26,951 nt of DNA from an uncultured Deferribacteres bacterium (GCA_964014485.1 CAXHAT010000106.1:1-26951), one strand, 5' to 3'. Counted from the first letter of the stretch, positions 9,827-18,914 are shown. Translations and numbers: made by a program. The notes: generated from the letters alone by a model not told the origin.

Positions 9827-11233
9827 GTGAAAAGAAAGATCACACTATTCATGATATGCCTCGGTGTTGCGCTGACTTCCTGCTCAATCCCGAATGATCT
9901 GAATAACAACCCGAACGGCATCACCGTCACCGACGTTGACGCCAGGCTTTTTCTCAATGGCGCGCAACTGGCAAACACGCAAGTTCAAGCCGGACATGTG
10001 AGCAGATTCTCGGGCATGTACTCAGGCCAGTTGATCGGTTTTGCCGCCGTCTATTCCACTGTGTACGGCTATGCCATGACCGCTGGACACACCAACACTC
10101 TTTGGAATCATATTTACATTGGCGTTTTAACGAATGTACGCCACATTCAGGAAAACTCCGACGACAGGCTGCTCACCGGAATAGCCAGAATTGTGGAAGC
10201 GCACGCAGTCGGCACAGGAGCGTCTCTTTTCGGCAGCGTCCCTTATTCTGAAGTCGGGACAGGCGTTGAAGACCCGGCCTTTGATTCTCAAATGTCTGTT
10301 TTTAATGCACTCATTGCGGTTATTGACGCTGGTATTGCCGATCTTCAGTCTGCAGCGAGTCGAAGCGAGGATTTTGACATCTATTTTGAGGGCGACGCAT
10401 CCAAATGGATTCAAGCGGCCTACACGCTGAAGGCGCGGTACCTGTTGCAAATGAAGGATTACGCAGGCGCTTACGCAGCGGCGCAAAACGGCATTTCATC
10501 GCCGGACGGCGATCTGCTGCACAGGCCGCGCGGCGACGCATCCACCACAACCGGCGATAAAAACCTGTTCTGGACAATTCTGGAAGGATCGCGCGCCGGT
10601 GACGTTGGCACAGGCGACAGCTATCTCATGGGTCTGCTTGATCCGGCAAACGCCTCAAGTCGAAACAACAGCAAAACGGATGAAACGGCGCGTTTTGGCT
10701 ACTACACCATCGATGAATCGGGCGGTTCGGCCAACAAGGGCATTATTGAGCAATTCGAGCCGCATCGACTCATTACCTATTCTGAAAACCTCCTGATCCT
10801 GGCCGAGTGCGGCGCCAGAACGGCTGGATTTTCCACTGGTCTTGGTCACCTAAACATGTTGCGACAGTACTTGAACAATGGCGGCTGGTTGAACGCCAAT
10901 TTTGCCGGCGAGCCTCACAAGTATGATCCATATGAAGAAGCGGACTTTCAGGCTGGAGGTATTGAAAACGGAGACAACATGTCTCAAGACGACGCCTTGC
11001 TGCGGGAGATTATTGAGGAAAGATATGTGTCCGGCTTCGGCACGTACATGCCTTTTAACGATTCCCGTCGTCTGCGGAAAAGCGACTCAGCGATTGCGGT
11101 TCCGTTCCCGCTGAATTCACAAACCGTAACGCAATACGTGGAAAGAATGCTCTGGGGCCAAGACGAGATTAACTCCAACGAAAATGCACCGTCCGATCCT
11201 GGCATTTACTCAGTAACAGAAGTGAATCAATAA
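9827..11233 (+). CDS. susD: SusD/RagB-family nutrient-binding lipoprotein
   Basis: Lipobox LTSC followed by NNNPN; LFGSVPYSE, P.FDSQ..V, KWIQAAYTLKARY, ENLLILAE, REIIEERY. AGGAG before GTG; directly after susC. Confidence 0.93.
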   Translation: MKRKITLFMICLGVALTSCSIPNDLNNNPNGITVTDVDARLFLNGAQLANTQVQAGHVSRFSGMYSGQLIGFAAVYSTVYGYAMTAGHTNTLWNHIYIGVLTNVRHIQENSDDRLLTGIARIVEAHAVGTGASLFGSVPYSEVGTGVEDPAFDSQMSVFNALIAVIDAGIADLQSAASRSEDFDIYFEGDASKWIQAAYTLKARYLLQMKDYAGAYAAAQNGISSPDGDLLHRPRGDASTTTGDKNLFWTILEGSRAGDVGTGDSYLMGLLDPANASSRNNSKTDETARFGYYTIDESGGSANKGIIEQFEPHRLITYSENLLILAECGARTAGFSTGLGHLNMLRQYLNNGGWLNANFAGEPHKYDPYEEADFQAGGIENGDNMSQDDALLREIIEERYVSGFGTYMPFNDSRRLRKSDSAIAVPFPLNSQTVTQYVERMLWGQDEINSNENAPSDPGIYSVTEVNQ

Positions 11234-11293
11234 GCTCCCGGCGAGTTTTCGAGCTGAATTTTCGAGATCAAAAACTCGCGAGTTTAAATTACC

Positions 11294-11331
11294 AAACTCC
11301 CGTATCGATCCGTCGGTATGGGAGTTTTTTT
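11294..11331. terminator. Intrinsic terminator between convergent susD and rfbC
   Basis: AAACTCCCGTATCGA-TCCG-TCGGTATGGGAGTTT followed by a T run. Confidence 0.75.
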
Positions 11332-11336
11332 GTACG

Positions 11337-11867
11337 TCATCCTTCCCAATCCGGCAGCAAAGCATCTTTATCGGAAATAATTTCAACCTTTCCCGGCCAA
11401 TCAATTTTAAACGCAGAATCATTCCAACGAATCGCACGGGCTGCTGTCGGCTCGTAAAATGCGGACATTTGGTAAAACACTTCCGTTTTATCCGCAAGCG
11501 TCAAAAAACCGTGTGCAAAATCCTCCGGGATGTAAAGCATTTTTCGGTTTTCAGCGCTCAACTCAACGCCAAACCATTCGTTGAACGTTCGCGAGTCAGG
11601 CCGTAAATCAATAATGACGTCGTAGACGCCGCCCTGCGTGCAGCGGACGAGCTTGGTTTCTGCATAAGGCTGAGCTTGGTAGTGCATGCCGCGCAGCGTA
11701 CCTTTTTTATGATTAAAAGAAACGTTGCACTGCACCAATTCAGCGTTCAAACCGTGCTCGATAAATTCGTTTCTGCACCAGGATCGTGCAAAAAAACCGC
11801 GTTCATCACTGTGCGGCTCCAATTCAATTACAAAAGCTCCCGGCAGCGGCGTTTCGGCAAATTTCAT
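11337..11867 (-). CDS. rfbC: dTDP-4-dehydrorhamnose 3,5-epimerase
   Basis: DERGFFAR, GTLRGMHYQ, KLVRC, DVIIDLRPDS, FAHGF motifs. Confidence 0.95.
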   Translation of the reverse strand: MKFAETPLPGAFVIELEPHSDERGFFARSWCRNEFIEHGLNAELVQCNVSFNHKKGTLRGMHYQAQPYAETKLVRCTQGGVYDVIIDLRPDSRTFNEWFGVELSAENRKMLYIPEDFAHGFLTLADKTEVFYQMSAFYEPTAARAIRWNDSAFKIDWPGKVEIISDKDALLPDWEG

Positions 11868-13210
11868 GGATGAATCTCAGGTTTTGGAATTGGTGTGATA
11901 AAACGTCCGCCCCAATCGCGAATGTGCGCCGTTTGCTCCATAATTTCGTTTTTAATATTCCAGGGCAAGATCAAGACAAAATCCGGCTTGGTTTCTTGCA
12001 GCCGCTCCGGCGCGAAAATCGGAATCCTTGTTCCAGGCAAAAAACGATTCTGTTTTACCGGACTGCGATCAACGGTATAATCGATAAAATCCGTACTGAC
12101 GCCGCAGTAGTTCAAAAGCGTATTCCCCTTTGCCGGAGCGCCGTAGCCCGCGATAGATTTCCCGTCACGTTTCAATGAAATCAGGCAGTCAAGCAGGGCT
12201 CTTTTCGTCTCGCGGACTTGTTCAGAAAAATTTTCATACGCTTCGAGATTGGTCAGTCCGGCTTCAATCTCTTTTTTCAAAACATTCGCAACATTTTCTC
12301 TCCCGCCAACCAACTTCTCCCCTTCAAAAAACGGGTCGTTAAGACCGTCATTCCCGCGCAGGCGGGAATCCAAAAGCGGCGCAGTATGACTAGAATCCCG
12401 CCTGCGCGGGAATGACTCCGAAGTTACAGCATTTTCGTGGGTCACAAAAAGCCGCAGGGAGCCGCCATGCGTAGGCAGTTCCTGGACGTCAAAAATTGTC
12501 AGGCCATGATTTGCGAAAACGCTTTTCACTGCGTGAAGTGAGAAATAGGAAAAATGTTCGTGATAAATGGTGTCGAATTGATTTTCAAGCATCAGGCGCA
12601 GCAAGTGAGGAAATTCGAGCGTGATAACGCCAGTCCGCTTGAGCAGAATTTTTAGACCGGAGACAAAATCATTCAGCTCAGGTACATGAGCGAGCACATT
12701 GTTGCCGATCAAAAGGTCGGCTTGCTTGCCTTCTTTGACAAGACGGCGAGCAAGCCTTTCTCCGAAGAATTCACTCAACGTGGGAACGCCTTTTTCAATG
12801 GCGGCGCGCGCTACATTTTGGGCGGGCTCTACCCCCAAAACCGGAACTCCCGCCTGATGGAAATATTGCAATAAATACCCGTCGTTGCTCGCAACCTCGA
12901 CGACCTGCCGCCTGTCTGAGACGCCAAACTCGCTCATCATGAAATTGACGTATTTTTTTGCGTGCGCCAACCAAGAGTCCGACCAGGAAGAGAAGTAAGC
13001 ATATTCTTCAAAAATTTCTTGCGGCGCATGAAATTGAGGCAATTGGACAAGCAGGCATTTGGAGCAAATAAAGACGTGCAACGGGTAAAACTTCTCGGCC
13101 CGCCAAAGTTGCGATTGCTCAAGATAGGCGTTGGCCAAGGGAGAATTCCCCAAGTCGACAAATGATTTCAGAGATGCGGAATGGCAGGAACGGCAAGAAA
13201 GTTCATCCAT
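11864..13210 (-). CDS. SAM-dependent NDP-sugar C-methyltransferase (N-terminal Zn-binding and C-terminal C-methyltransferase domains) with an in-frame palindrome insertion
   Basis: CRSC...C..C Zn motif, EVASNDGYLL, NNVLAHVP, FDTIYHEH, THGGSLR, GYGAPAKGNTLLNY; ATGA overlap with rfbC. Confidence 0.93.
   Translation of the reverse strand: MDELSCRSCHSASLKSFVDLGNSPLANAYLEQSQLWRAEKFYPLHVFICSKCLLVQLPQFHAPQEIFEEYAYFSSWSDSWLAHAKKYVNFMMSEFGVSDRRQVVEVASNDGYLLQYFHQAGVPVLGVEPAQNVARAAIEKGVPTLSEFFGERLARRLVKEGKQADLLIGNNVLAHVPELNDFVSGLKILLKRTGVITLEFPHLLRLMLENQFDTIYHEHFSYFSLHAVKSVFANHGLTIFDVQELPTHGGSLRLFVTHENAVTSESFPRRRDSSHTAPLLDSRLRGNDGLNDPFFEGEKLVGGRENVANVLKKEIEAGLTNLEAYENFSEQVRETKRALLDCLISLKRDGKSIAGYGAPAKGNTLLNYCGVSTDFIDYTVDRSPVKQNRFLPGTRIPIFAPERLQETKPDFVLILPWNIKNEIMEQTAHIRDWGGRFITPIPKPEIHP
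12347..12416. repeat. Palindromic element (GTCATTCCCGCGCAGGCGGGAATCCA type) inside the methyltransferase CDS
   Basis: Arms 12347-12372 and 12391-12416 are reverse complements at 24/26; ATTCCC-N8-GGGAAT (dRS3-like) core. Confidence 0.9.
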
Positions 13211-13296
13211 GATTTAGCGGTGTCCCGACAAAATGAACGCCTGGTTTTGCAGATAGGCGTTACCTGCAAAACCTCCTTATAAGATTTGGTTATTAC

Positions 13297-13539
13297 CTGA
13301 TGTTACGCGCGCCAATGCATCGCCTGTTGCTCAGACTTGAACATGGTTTCATTAGCACCAGGCTTGAGCCCGGTGACATGCAAGGCGCTCATTTTCATCC
13401 CTTCCGCCGCGCCGGCGCGGCGGAAGGGATGGGAAGGGCGTCTTCAAAAATCTCCGTTCTGAAGAACGGAGCTAATGAGAATCAAAAAGTTGTCTGCGAG
13501 CTTTAATCGCGCGTGCCAAACGGCGGTGCGTAACATCAG
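13297..13539. mobile_element. MITE-like element, 243 bp, 12-bp terminal inverted repeats, 7-bp target-site duplication
   Basis: TIR CTGATGTTACGC (13297-13308) / GCGTAACATCAG (13528-13539); TTATTAC directly flanks both ends (13290-13296 and 13540-13546); no transposase inside. Confidence 0.8.
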
Positions 13540-13692
13540 TTATTACTACAAATATTTCCTTCGAAACACAAGTCCGCTTACCGGCTCATTGGGCGAGACC
13601 TTCTGAATTCAACCTGCTTTTGGTCATCTTCCGCAGGTTGATAAAGTATCCTGGAAAAGCTGCTCAAAAACCTCACTGTGAAAAAAATTGCC

Positions 13693-13716
13693 AACCTTTT
13701 TGTATTCCCGGATGTC
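13693..13716 (+). promoter_or_regulatory. Putative ECF-sigma promoter P1
   Basis: AACCTTTT-N12-TGTC; AAC -35 and GTC -10 layout of ECF promoters; same motif recurs at 13831. Confidence 0.4.
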
Positions 13717-13791
13717 CTAATACCGGATTTGACGACAAATACTGCTTGAAACGCTAATCAAACTCGGTCCGGTCCAGACCATTCTCACTTT

Positions 13792-13826
13792 AGCGCGTCG
13801 CTGGAAATCCGGCGATGCGCTTTTTT
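13792..13826 (+). terminator. Intrinsic terminator about 90 nt upstream of the DUF5916 gene
   Basis: AGCGCGTCGCTGGA / TCCGGCGATGCGCT stem plus T6. Confidence 0.7.
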
Positions 13827-13830
13827 GAGT

Positions 13831-13853
13831 AACCTTTTGAAAAAAGCAGTGTC
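13831..13853 (+). promoter_or_regulatory. Putative ECF-sigma promoter P2 for the DUF5916 gene
   Basis: AACCTTTT-N11-TGTC, about 60 nt before ATG 13914. Confidence 0.4.
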
Positions 13854-13913
13854 ATCAAATTAAACGCACAAATAGAGTATCACTTGGAACGCTCAATCAC
13901 GGGGAGTGATGTC

Positions 13914-16565
13914 ATGCGGAAACTGTTATTGTCCCTTTTCGTGTTTTCTCTTTGCACCACGGCGGCATTTGCCGGTAAAGGAAAAAACGATGATTTGCCT
14001 GCCAAAAAAGTCTATAACACTAAAAAAATCAACCCGCACCCGCCAACCATCGACGGCGTGATCGACGATGAAGTTTGGAAAAAAGTCGAGTGGGGCGGGG
14101 ATTTTATTCAGCGCGAACCTTTCGAAAACAAACCGCCTTCGCAACCAACTTCTTTCAAAATTTTATACGACGACAACAATTTGTACATCGCAATCCGCGC
14201 CCATGACGCAGAACCGGAAAAAATTGAAAAGCGCGTAACTCGCCGCGACGGGTTTGCGGGCGATTGGGTCGAAATAAACATCGACAGTTATTTCGATCAT
14301 CGCACGGCGTTTTCATTTACAATCACGGCCGCGGGCGTGAAGGGCGACGAAGCGATCACCAATGACGGCAACAATTGGGACGAGAACTGGGACCCGATTT
14401 GGTACGGCGCAGTTTCGCACGACGACCAAGGCTGGTCGGCGGAAATGCGCATCCCTTTCAGCCAATTGCGCTTTGGCAAGAAAGAAGAGCATGTCTGGGG
14501 AATCCAATTTACCAGGCGATTTTATCGCGAAGACGAGCGCTCCGTCTGGCAATTCGTTCCGCGAAAAGCGCCGGGCTGGGTCAGCTATTTCGGCGAATTG
14601 CGCGGCATTAAGGGCGTAAGACCAGCCCGCCGTTTGGAAGTTTTGCCTTACACGGTCGCCGACTTGAACCGTTTCGAGCCGGAAGTCGGCAACCCTTTCG
14701 CTGACGGTTCAAACACCCGCTTCTCCGGCGGACTCGACGCCAAGCTTGGCGTTACCAGCGACTTGACACTTGACGTCACGGTAAATCCTGATTTTGGGCA
14801 AGTTGAAGCCGATCCGTCTGAAGTCAATTTATCAGCTTTTGAAACGTTTTTTCAGGAAAAGCGGCCTTTCTTTATCGAAGGTCAGAACATTCTTGATTTT
14901 GGCCTGATGCTTGGCGACGGCCCGAACGCCAACGACAAGCTCTTCTACTCTCGCCGTATCGGCCGCCAGCCGCAATACAGACCGAGCCTAGGCGACGGCG
15001 AGTATTTGAACCAGCCGGATAACACGTCGATTGCTTCTGCGCTTAAACTCACCGGGAAAACAAAAAACGGCCTCTCCATCGGCATACTCGACGCCATGAC
15101 GCAGAAAGAAAACGCTGTCATTGACTTCGCAGGTTCGCGCAGAAACGAAACGGTCGAGCCGTTCACCAATTATTTTCTCGGACGCATCCAAAAAGACTAT
15201 GGGCAAGGCAATACTTCCATCGGCGGCATGATGACCGCAACCAACCGCAATATCTCCGAAGATCACCTCGGATTTCTCAACAAATCCGCTTATACCGGCG
15301 GCTTCGACGTTCGCCATCAATGGTCAAACAAAACATACTCGGTTAATTTTAAAACCGCTTTCAGTAAAATCAACGGTACGCAAGAAGCCATGCTTGCGGC
15401 ACAAACTTCTTCCGCCAGATATTATCAGCGCCCTGACGCCGACTACGTTTCGCTCGATTCTTCGCGCACATCTTTGGCCGGACACGGCGGCTATTTCAGC
15501 TTAAACAGAAGCGGCAACAGTCGTCTGCAATTGAACGCCGGAGTGATGTGGCGTTCGCCTGGCCTGGAGCTGAACGATCTTGGATTTATGCGTCAGGCCG
15601 ACCGCGTCATGCAATGGTCGTGGGCGGGCTATCGCATCACGGAGCCGTTCTCAATTTTCCGCAACGTTCGGGTTAATTTCAATCAGTGGGCTGGCTGGAA
15701 TTTTGGCGGCGATATGCAGTTTGCAGGCGGAAACGTTAACGGCGGCGGGCAATTGAAAAATCACTGGTTTGTCTGGCTCGGCCTTGGCCGTGAGGGTCGC
15801 AACCTTTCAACCAGCGCCTTACGCGGCGGGCCGGCGATGAAATTCCCGGGTCAGTGGAATCAGTGGTACAATGTCTCAACCGACAATCGCAAATCATTGT
15901 CGTTTCATTTCGGCGGATTTAACAGTTGGCAGGATTTCGGCGATGCGCGTTCGCACAATGTGCGCCTTTCCGTATCGTACCGCCCGTCCAACGCGATGTC
16001 GATCAGTCTGCGCCCGTCGTACAATATTCGCAAGTCTGATTTACAATATATTCAAACCAGCACTTTTAACTCAGACTCGCGCTACCTGTTTGGACGAATC
16101 GATCAGAAGACGCTCGCACTTACGATTCGCCTGAACTACAGCGTTACGCCGACATTTTCGATTCAGTACTACGGTCAGCCGTTTGTCTCAGCGGGCGACT
16201 ACACCAACTTCAAACGCATCACCAATCCGCAGTCTGAAGTTTACGCCGATCGCTTCCACCAATTCGCCGATTCAGAGATCGGCTTTGACGGAAACGAAGG
16301 CGCTTACCAGATTGACGAAAACCAGGACGGCGTGACCGACTACTCGATTTATCAGCCGAACTTCAACTTTCGCCAGTTCCGCTCAAATCTCATCGCGCGA
16401 TGGGAGTACATTCCGGGTTCAACCATCTTTCTTGTTTGGACGCAAAGCCGCACTGGTTCGAGCTCAATCGGAGAATTCTCGTTTTCAAATGATCTCGAAG
16501 AGCTTTTTGACGTTCACCCCAACAACATTTTTCTGATTAAAGTAAGCCGATGGTTTTCGCTATAG
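13914..16565 (+). CDS. CBM9-like sugar-binding domain plus DUF5916 outer-membrane protein
   Basis: Signal peptide; PTIDGVIDDEVW, YDDNNLYI, GWSAEMRIPFSQLRF (CBM9-like); LDVTVNPDFGQVEAD, FFQEKRPFFIEG, LFYSRRIG (DUF5916); barrel-type C-terminus. GGGGAG RBS. Confidence 0.9.
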   Translation: MRKLLLSLFVFSLCTTAAFAGKGKNDDLPAKKVYNTKKINPHPPTIDGVIDDEVWKKVEWGGDFIQREPFENKPPSQPTSFKILYDDNNLYIAIRAHDAEPEKIEKRVTRRDGFAGDWVEINIDSYFDHRTAFSFTITAAGVKGDEAITNDGNNWDENWDPIWYGAVSHDDQGWSAEMRIPFSQLRFGKKEEHVWGIQFTRRFYREDERSVWQFVPRKAPGWVSYFGELRGIKGVRPARRLEVLPYTVADLNRFEPEVGNPFADGSNTRFSGGLDAKLGVTSDLTLDVTVNPDFGQVEADPSEVNLSAFETFFQEKRPFFIEGQNILDFGLMLGDGPNANDKLFYSRRIGRQPQYRPSLGDGEYLNQPDNTSIASALKLTGKTKNGLSIGILDAMTQKENAVIDFAGSRRNETVEPFTNYFLGRIQKDYGQGNTSIGGMMTATNRNISEDHLGFLNKSAYTGGFDVRHQWSNKTYSVNFKTAFSKINGTQEAMLAAQTSSARYYQRPDADYVSLDSSRTSLAGHGGYFSLNRSGNSRLQLNAGVMWRSPGLELNDLGFMRQADRVMQWSWAGYRITEPFSIFRNVRVNFNQWAGWNFGGDMQFAGGNVNGGGQLKNHWFVWLGLGREGRNLSTSALRGGPAMKFPGQWNQWYNVSTDNRKSLSFHFGGFNSWQDFGDARSHNVRLSVSYRPSNAMSISLRPSYNIRKSDLQYIQTSTFNSDSRYLFGRIDQKTLALTIRLNYSVTPTFSIQYYGQPFVSAGDYTNFKRITNPQSEVYADRFHQFADSEIGFDGNEGAYQIDENQDGVTDYSIYQPNFNFRQFRSNLIARWEYIPGSTIFLVWTQSRTGSSSIGEFSFSNDLEELFDVHPNNIFLIKVSRWFSL

Positions 16566-16637
16566 AAATCACTCGGCGGGAATGTTAGGCGGGGCGCGAC
16601 GCTCCGTCGCATCATTCACTTAAATCGCCCTTTCCTC

Positions 16638-16678
16638 AAAAAAATCCCGGTCGTCCTTTTGGACGTCGGGATTTTTTT
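16638..16678. terminator. Bidirectional intrinsic terminator
   Basis: A7-TCCCGG.CGTCC-TTTT-GGACGTCGGGA-T7 between convergent genes. Confidence 0.8.
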
Positions 16679-16718
16679 ATTCAAAGCTGCTTGGAGACGC
16701 GAATGCTTTCCAAATCGC

Positions 16719-17837
16719 CTATTCCGCAACATCGGTCGCGAACTGTTTCCGTTCATGCAAACGTAAACCCGCAAGAGCGCGCCGTCCTTCCATTACCGCA
16801 ATGTAAAGGCAGTTCGAAATTGGGACAATCAAGAGCAGTCCGGCCAGCCCCCAGAGCGTTCCGCCCGCCAATAAAAGCATCATAATAATGACCGGGTGAA
16901 AACGGGTTTGCAACGTCATGATTTTCGCGGAAATGATCGTATTATCCAAAAGCTGAATAGCCGCAAAACCGGCGGCTAATGCGCCAACAGCTCCGAATTG
17001 CTGCGTTTTTGAAAGCATTGCCGCAAGAGCAAGAAAAAAGCCCAGGGGACCGCCAAACCACGGCGTCAAGCTCGCCATTGCGACAATCACGGCCATGAAC
17101 AGCGGATAGGGCAAACCAAGCAAGACAAACGCTGTAAAATAAAGACCGCAGATCATCAAAAAAACCGCCGTTTGCTCTCGCACAAAACGGCCGAGTTTGC
17201 GAGAGATTTGATCTAAACCGAAAATGGAAATCTCGTGGTACGCGTTTGGCGCGGCGTCCGTCAGAGAGCGCTTAATTTTCCAGCCGTCTTTCAGAAAAAA
17301 GAAAACCGTGATGACAATAATGGTGACCCACGGCAGGGAAGTAATCAGCGTGACGGCTAAATCGTAAGCCAGCTTCAACGTGGCTTGTACAAAAGCTTCT
17401 CCAGATTCAGCAATGGGGCGGCTAAACTCAGGTTGGCTCAAAAGAGGTATATTTTGTAGCAGTTCCTTTTCAAAAAAACCAACTATTTCCGGGAAATTCT
17501 CTTTTTCAACAACGCGTCCCAAGCCGCCTATTTCCACGCCGACGGCGCCAGAAAACCCTTTCAAGAAGAGCAGCAAGACGATTGTCACGGACAGAAAAAC
17601 GAGCAGGATGGAGCCGATGCGGTTTATGTTTCGTTGTTCAAGCGCATCGACAATGGGGTCGAGAAGAGCGGTAAAAACAAGCGCAAAGCCGAGCGCAGCT
17701 AATACAGAGAATAGCGCCGGGAGAAGTTGCAACAGGAAGAGAGAGCCGACCAAGACGGCAAGTATGGCGGCGACTTTTTGGGGTGACAATTCATCAACAG
17801 AAAAAAAACGCCCCCCTGTTTGGCTTTCCGATTTCAT
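16719..17837 (-). CDS. AI-2E family transporter (UPF0118/PerM)
   Basis: Polytopic; LLDPIVDALE, FFFLKDG, IQLLDNTII, HPVIIMMLLLAGGTLWGLAGLLLIVP. Confidence 0.88.
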   Translation of the reverse strand: MKSESQTGGRFFSVDELSPQKVAAILAVLVGSLFLLQLLPALFSVLAALGFALVFTALLDPIVDALEQRNINRIGSILLVFLSVTIVLLLFLKGFSGAVGVEIGGLGRVVEKENFPEIVGFFEKELLQNIPLLSQPEFSRPIAESGEAFVQATLKLAYDLAVTLITSLPWVTIIVITVFFFLKDGWKIKRSLTDAAPNAYHEISIFGLDQISRKLGRFVREQTAVFLMICGLYFTAFVLLGLPYPLFMAVIVAMASLTPWFGGPLGFFLALAAMLSKTQQFGAVGALAAGFAAIQLLDNTIISAKIMTLQTRFHPVIIMMLLLAGGTLWGLAGLLLIVPISNCLYIAVMEGRRALAGLRLHERKQFATDVAE

Positions 17838-18404
17838 TTACAGCAGGATGTTTGAACGATCGAGCTTTTCCTTGAGTCGATCGAGTTCTTGCGTCGTGAT
17901 CTTAAGTCTTTCGCCAAGTACGACCGCCAATTGAAAAAGAAATTTATTGCCCAGGCGCGGCTTCCGAGCCAGTAGCGCGAACAAATCAGGGCGAAACAAA
18001 CCGATAACTTGCGCATCTTCCTTTGCGATACACGTGGCCGTGCGCGGGCTTTCGTCAAACAACGCCAGCTCGCCGACAAAATTGCCTCGTTTCAAAACCG
18101 CCAGCTCTTTTTTCTTCTCCCGGCCTTTAATTTTATAAACGCCCAGCGACCCCGATTTTACGAAGTACATGCCGATTCCCGGCTCCCCTTCCCAGAAAAC
18201 CGGCTCCTGCGATTTGAAGCTTCTGACGCGAACAATCCGCCGAAATTCGAGCACTTCGGCTTTGGTCATGTCGGAAAAAATAGGAGATTTTGCAAGCACC
18301 GCAAAAACTTCGTCCTGGCGTACGTTTCCCTTGTTGAAAATATTTCCCCAAAAACCGTCTAACCCGCTCTTCTGCAGACGGCCGTTTTTATTGTGCGATT
18401 TCAT
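17838..18404 (-). CDS. Cyclic nucleotide-binding domain protein (no HTH)
   Basis: VFWEGEPG..MYFVKSG, GNFVGELALFDESPRTAT (phosphate-binding cassette); stop abuts the AI-2E ATG. Confidence 0.9.
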   Translation of the reverse strand: MKSHNKNGRLQKSGLDGFWGNIFNKGNVRQDEVFAVLAKSPIFSDMTKAEVLEFRRIVRVRSFKSQEPVFWEGEPGIGMYFVKSGSLGVYKIKGREKKKELAVLKRGNFVGELALFDESPRTATCIAKEDAQVIGLFRPDLFALLARKPRLGNKFLFQLAVVLGERLKITTQELDRLKEKLDRSNILL

Positions 18405-18914
18405 TCAAAAAATTTAGTCAGGCGAGACGATTTTGTGCATTCTACAGACAACGCTTTTTCAACCTTCGCCCTTGTTGGTACTCATGGTTGCCCGCGCTAT
18501 TAAAAAAGACGTCTTTTCCAGGGCGGTAAGTTCCTGAGTTTATTCGTTTGGAGCACGATGTTTTATCATCGCCCGGAATAGAAAACCGTCAAAAGAAACG
18601 CTGAAGCGTTTGACTCACGAACTGCTTTTCGTCAGTGGTCGCAGGCGCGGTACGTTCGTCGAACAATTGCGTTTGCAAGATCATAAGTTATTGTAATTAT
18701 GAAACAAAGCAACACTCGCCAATATAGCGATACAAGTCTGGTCAGTCAAGCGCTTTCAATAACAGTTTTTAATTGCTTTTCTGGCTCTAAACCTTTATGT
18801 TTCATGCCTTTCGAGCAACTCGATTCGGCAGGTCTGAACCGCAGGATTCAGGGTGCATCGGTTCGCCGCCGTCATTAGACGCCTCCATCTGGAACACATT
18901 TTTATACATTGAAA

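Noticed and set aside
13297..13539. 6S RNA (CCTGATG start, closed terminal stem) or the 68-aa ORF 13300-13506
   Set aside because: The exact 7-bp flanking duplication and internal REP-like units fit a MITE better; the ORF merely reads through the palindromes.
18405..18908. Riboswitch or small gene in the divergent intergenic region
   Set aside because: No recognisable aptamer consensus, strong hairpin or credible ORF.
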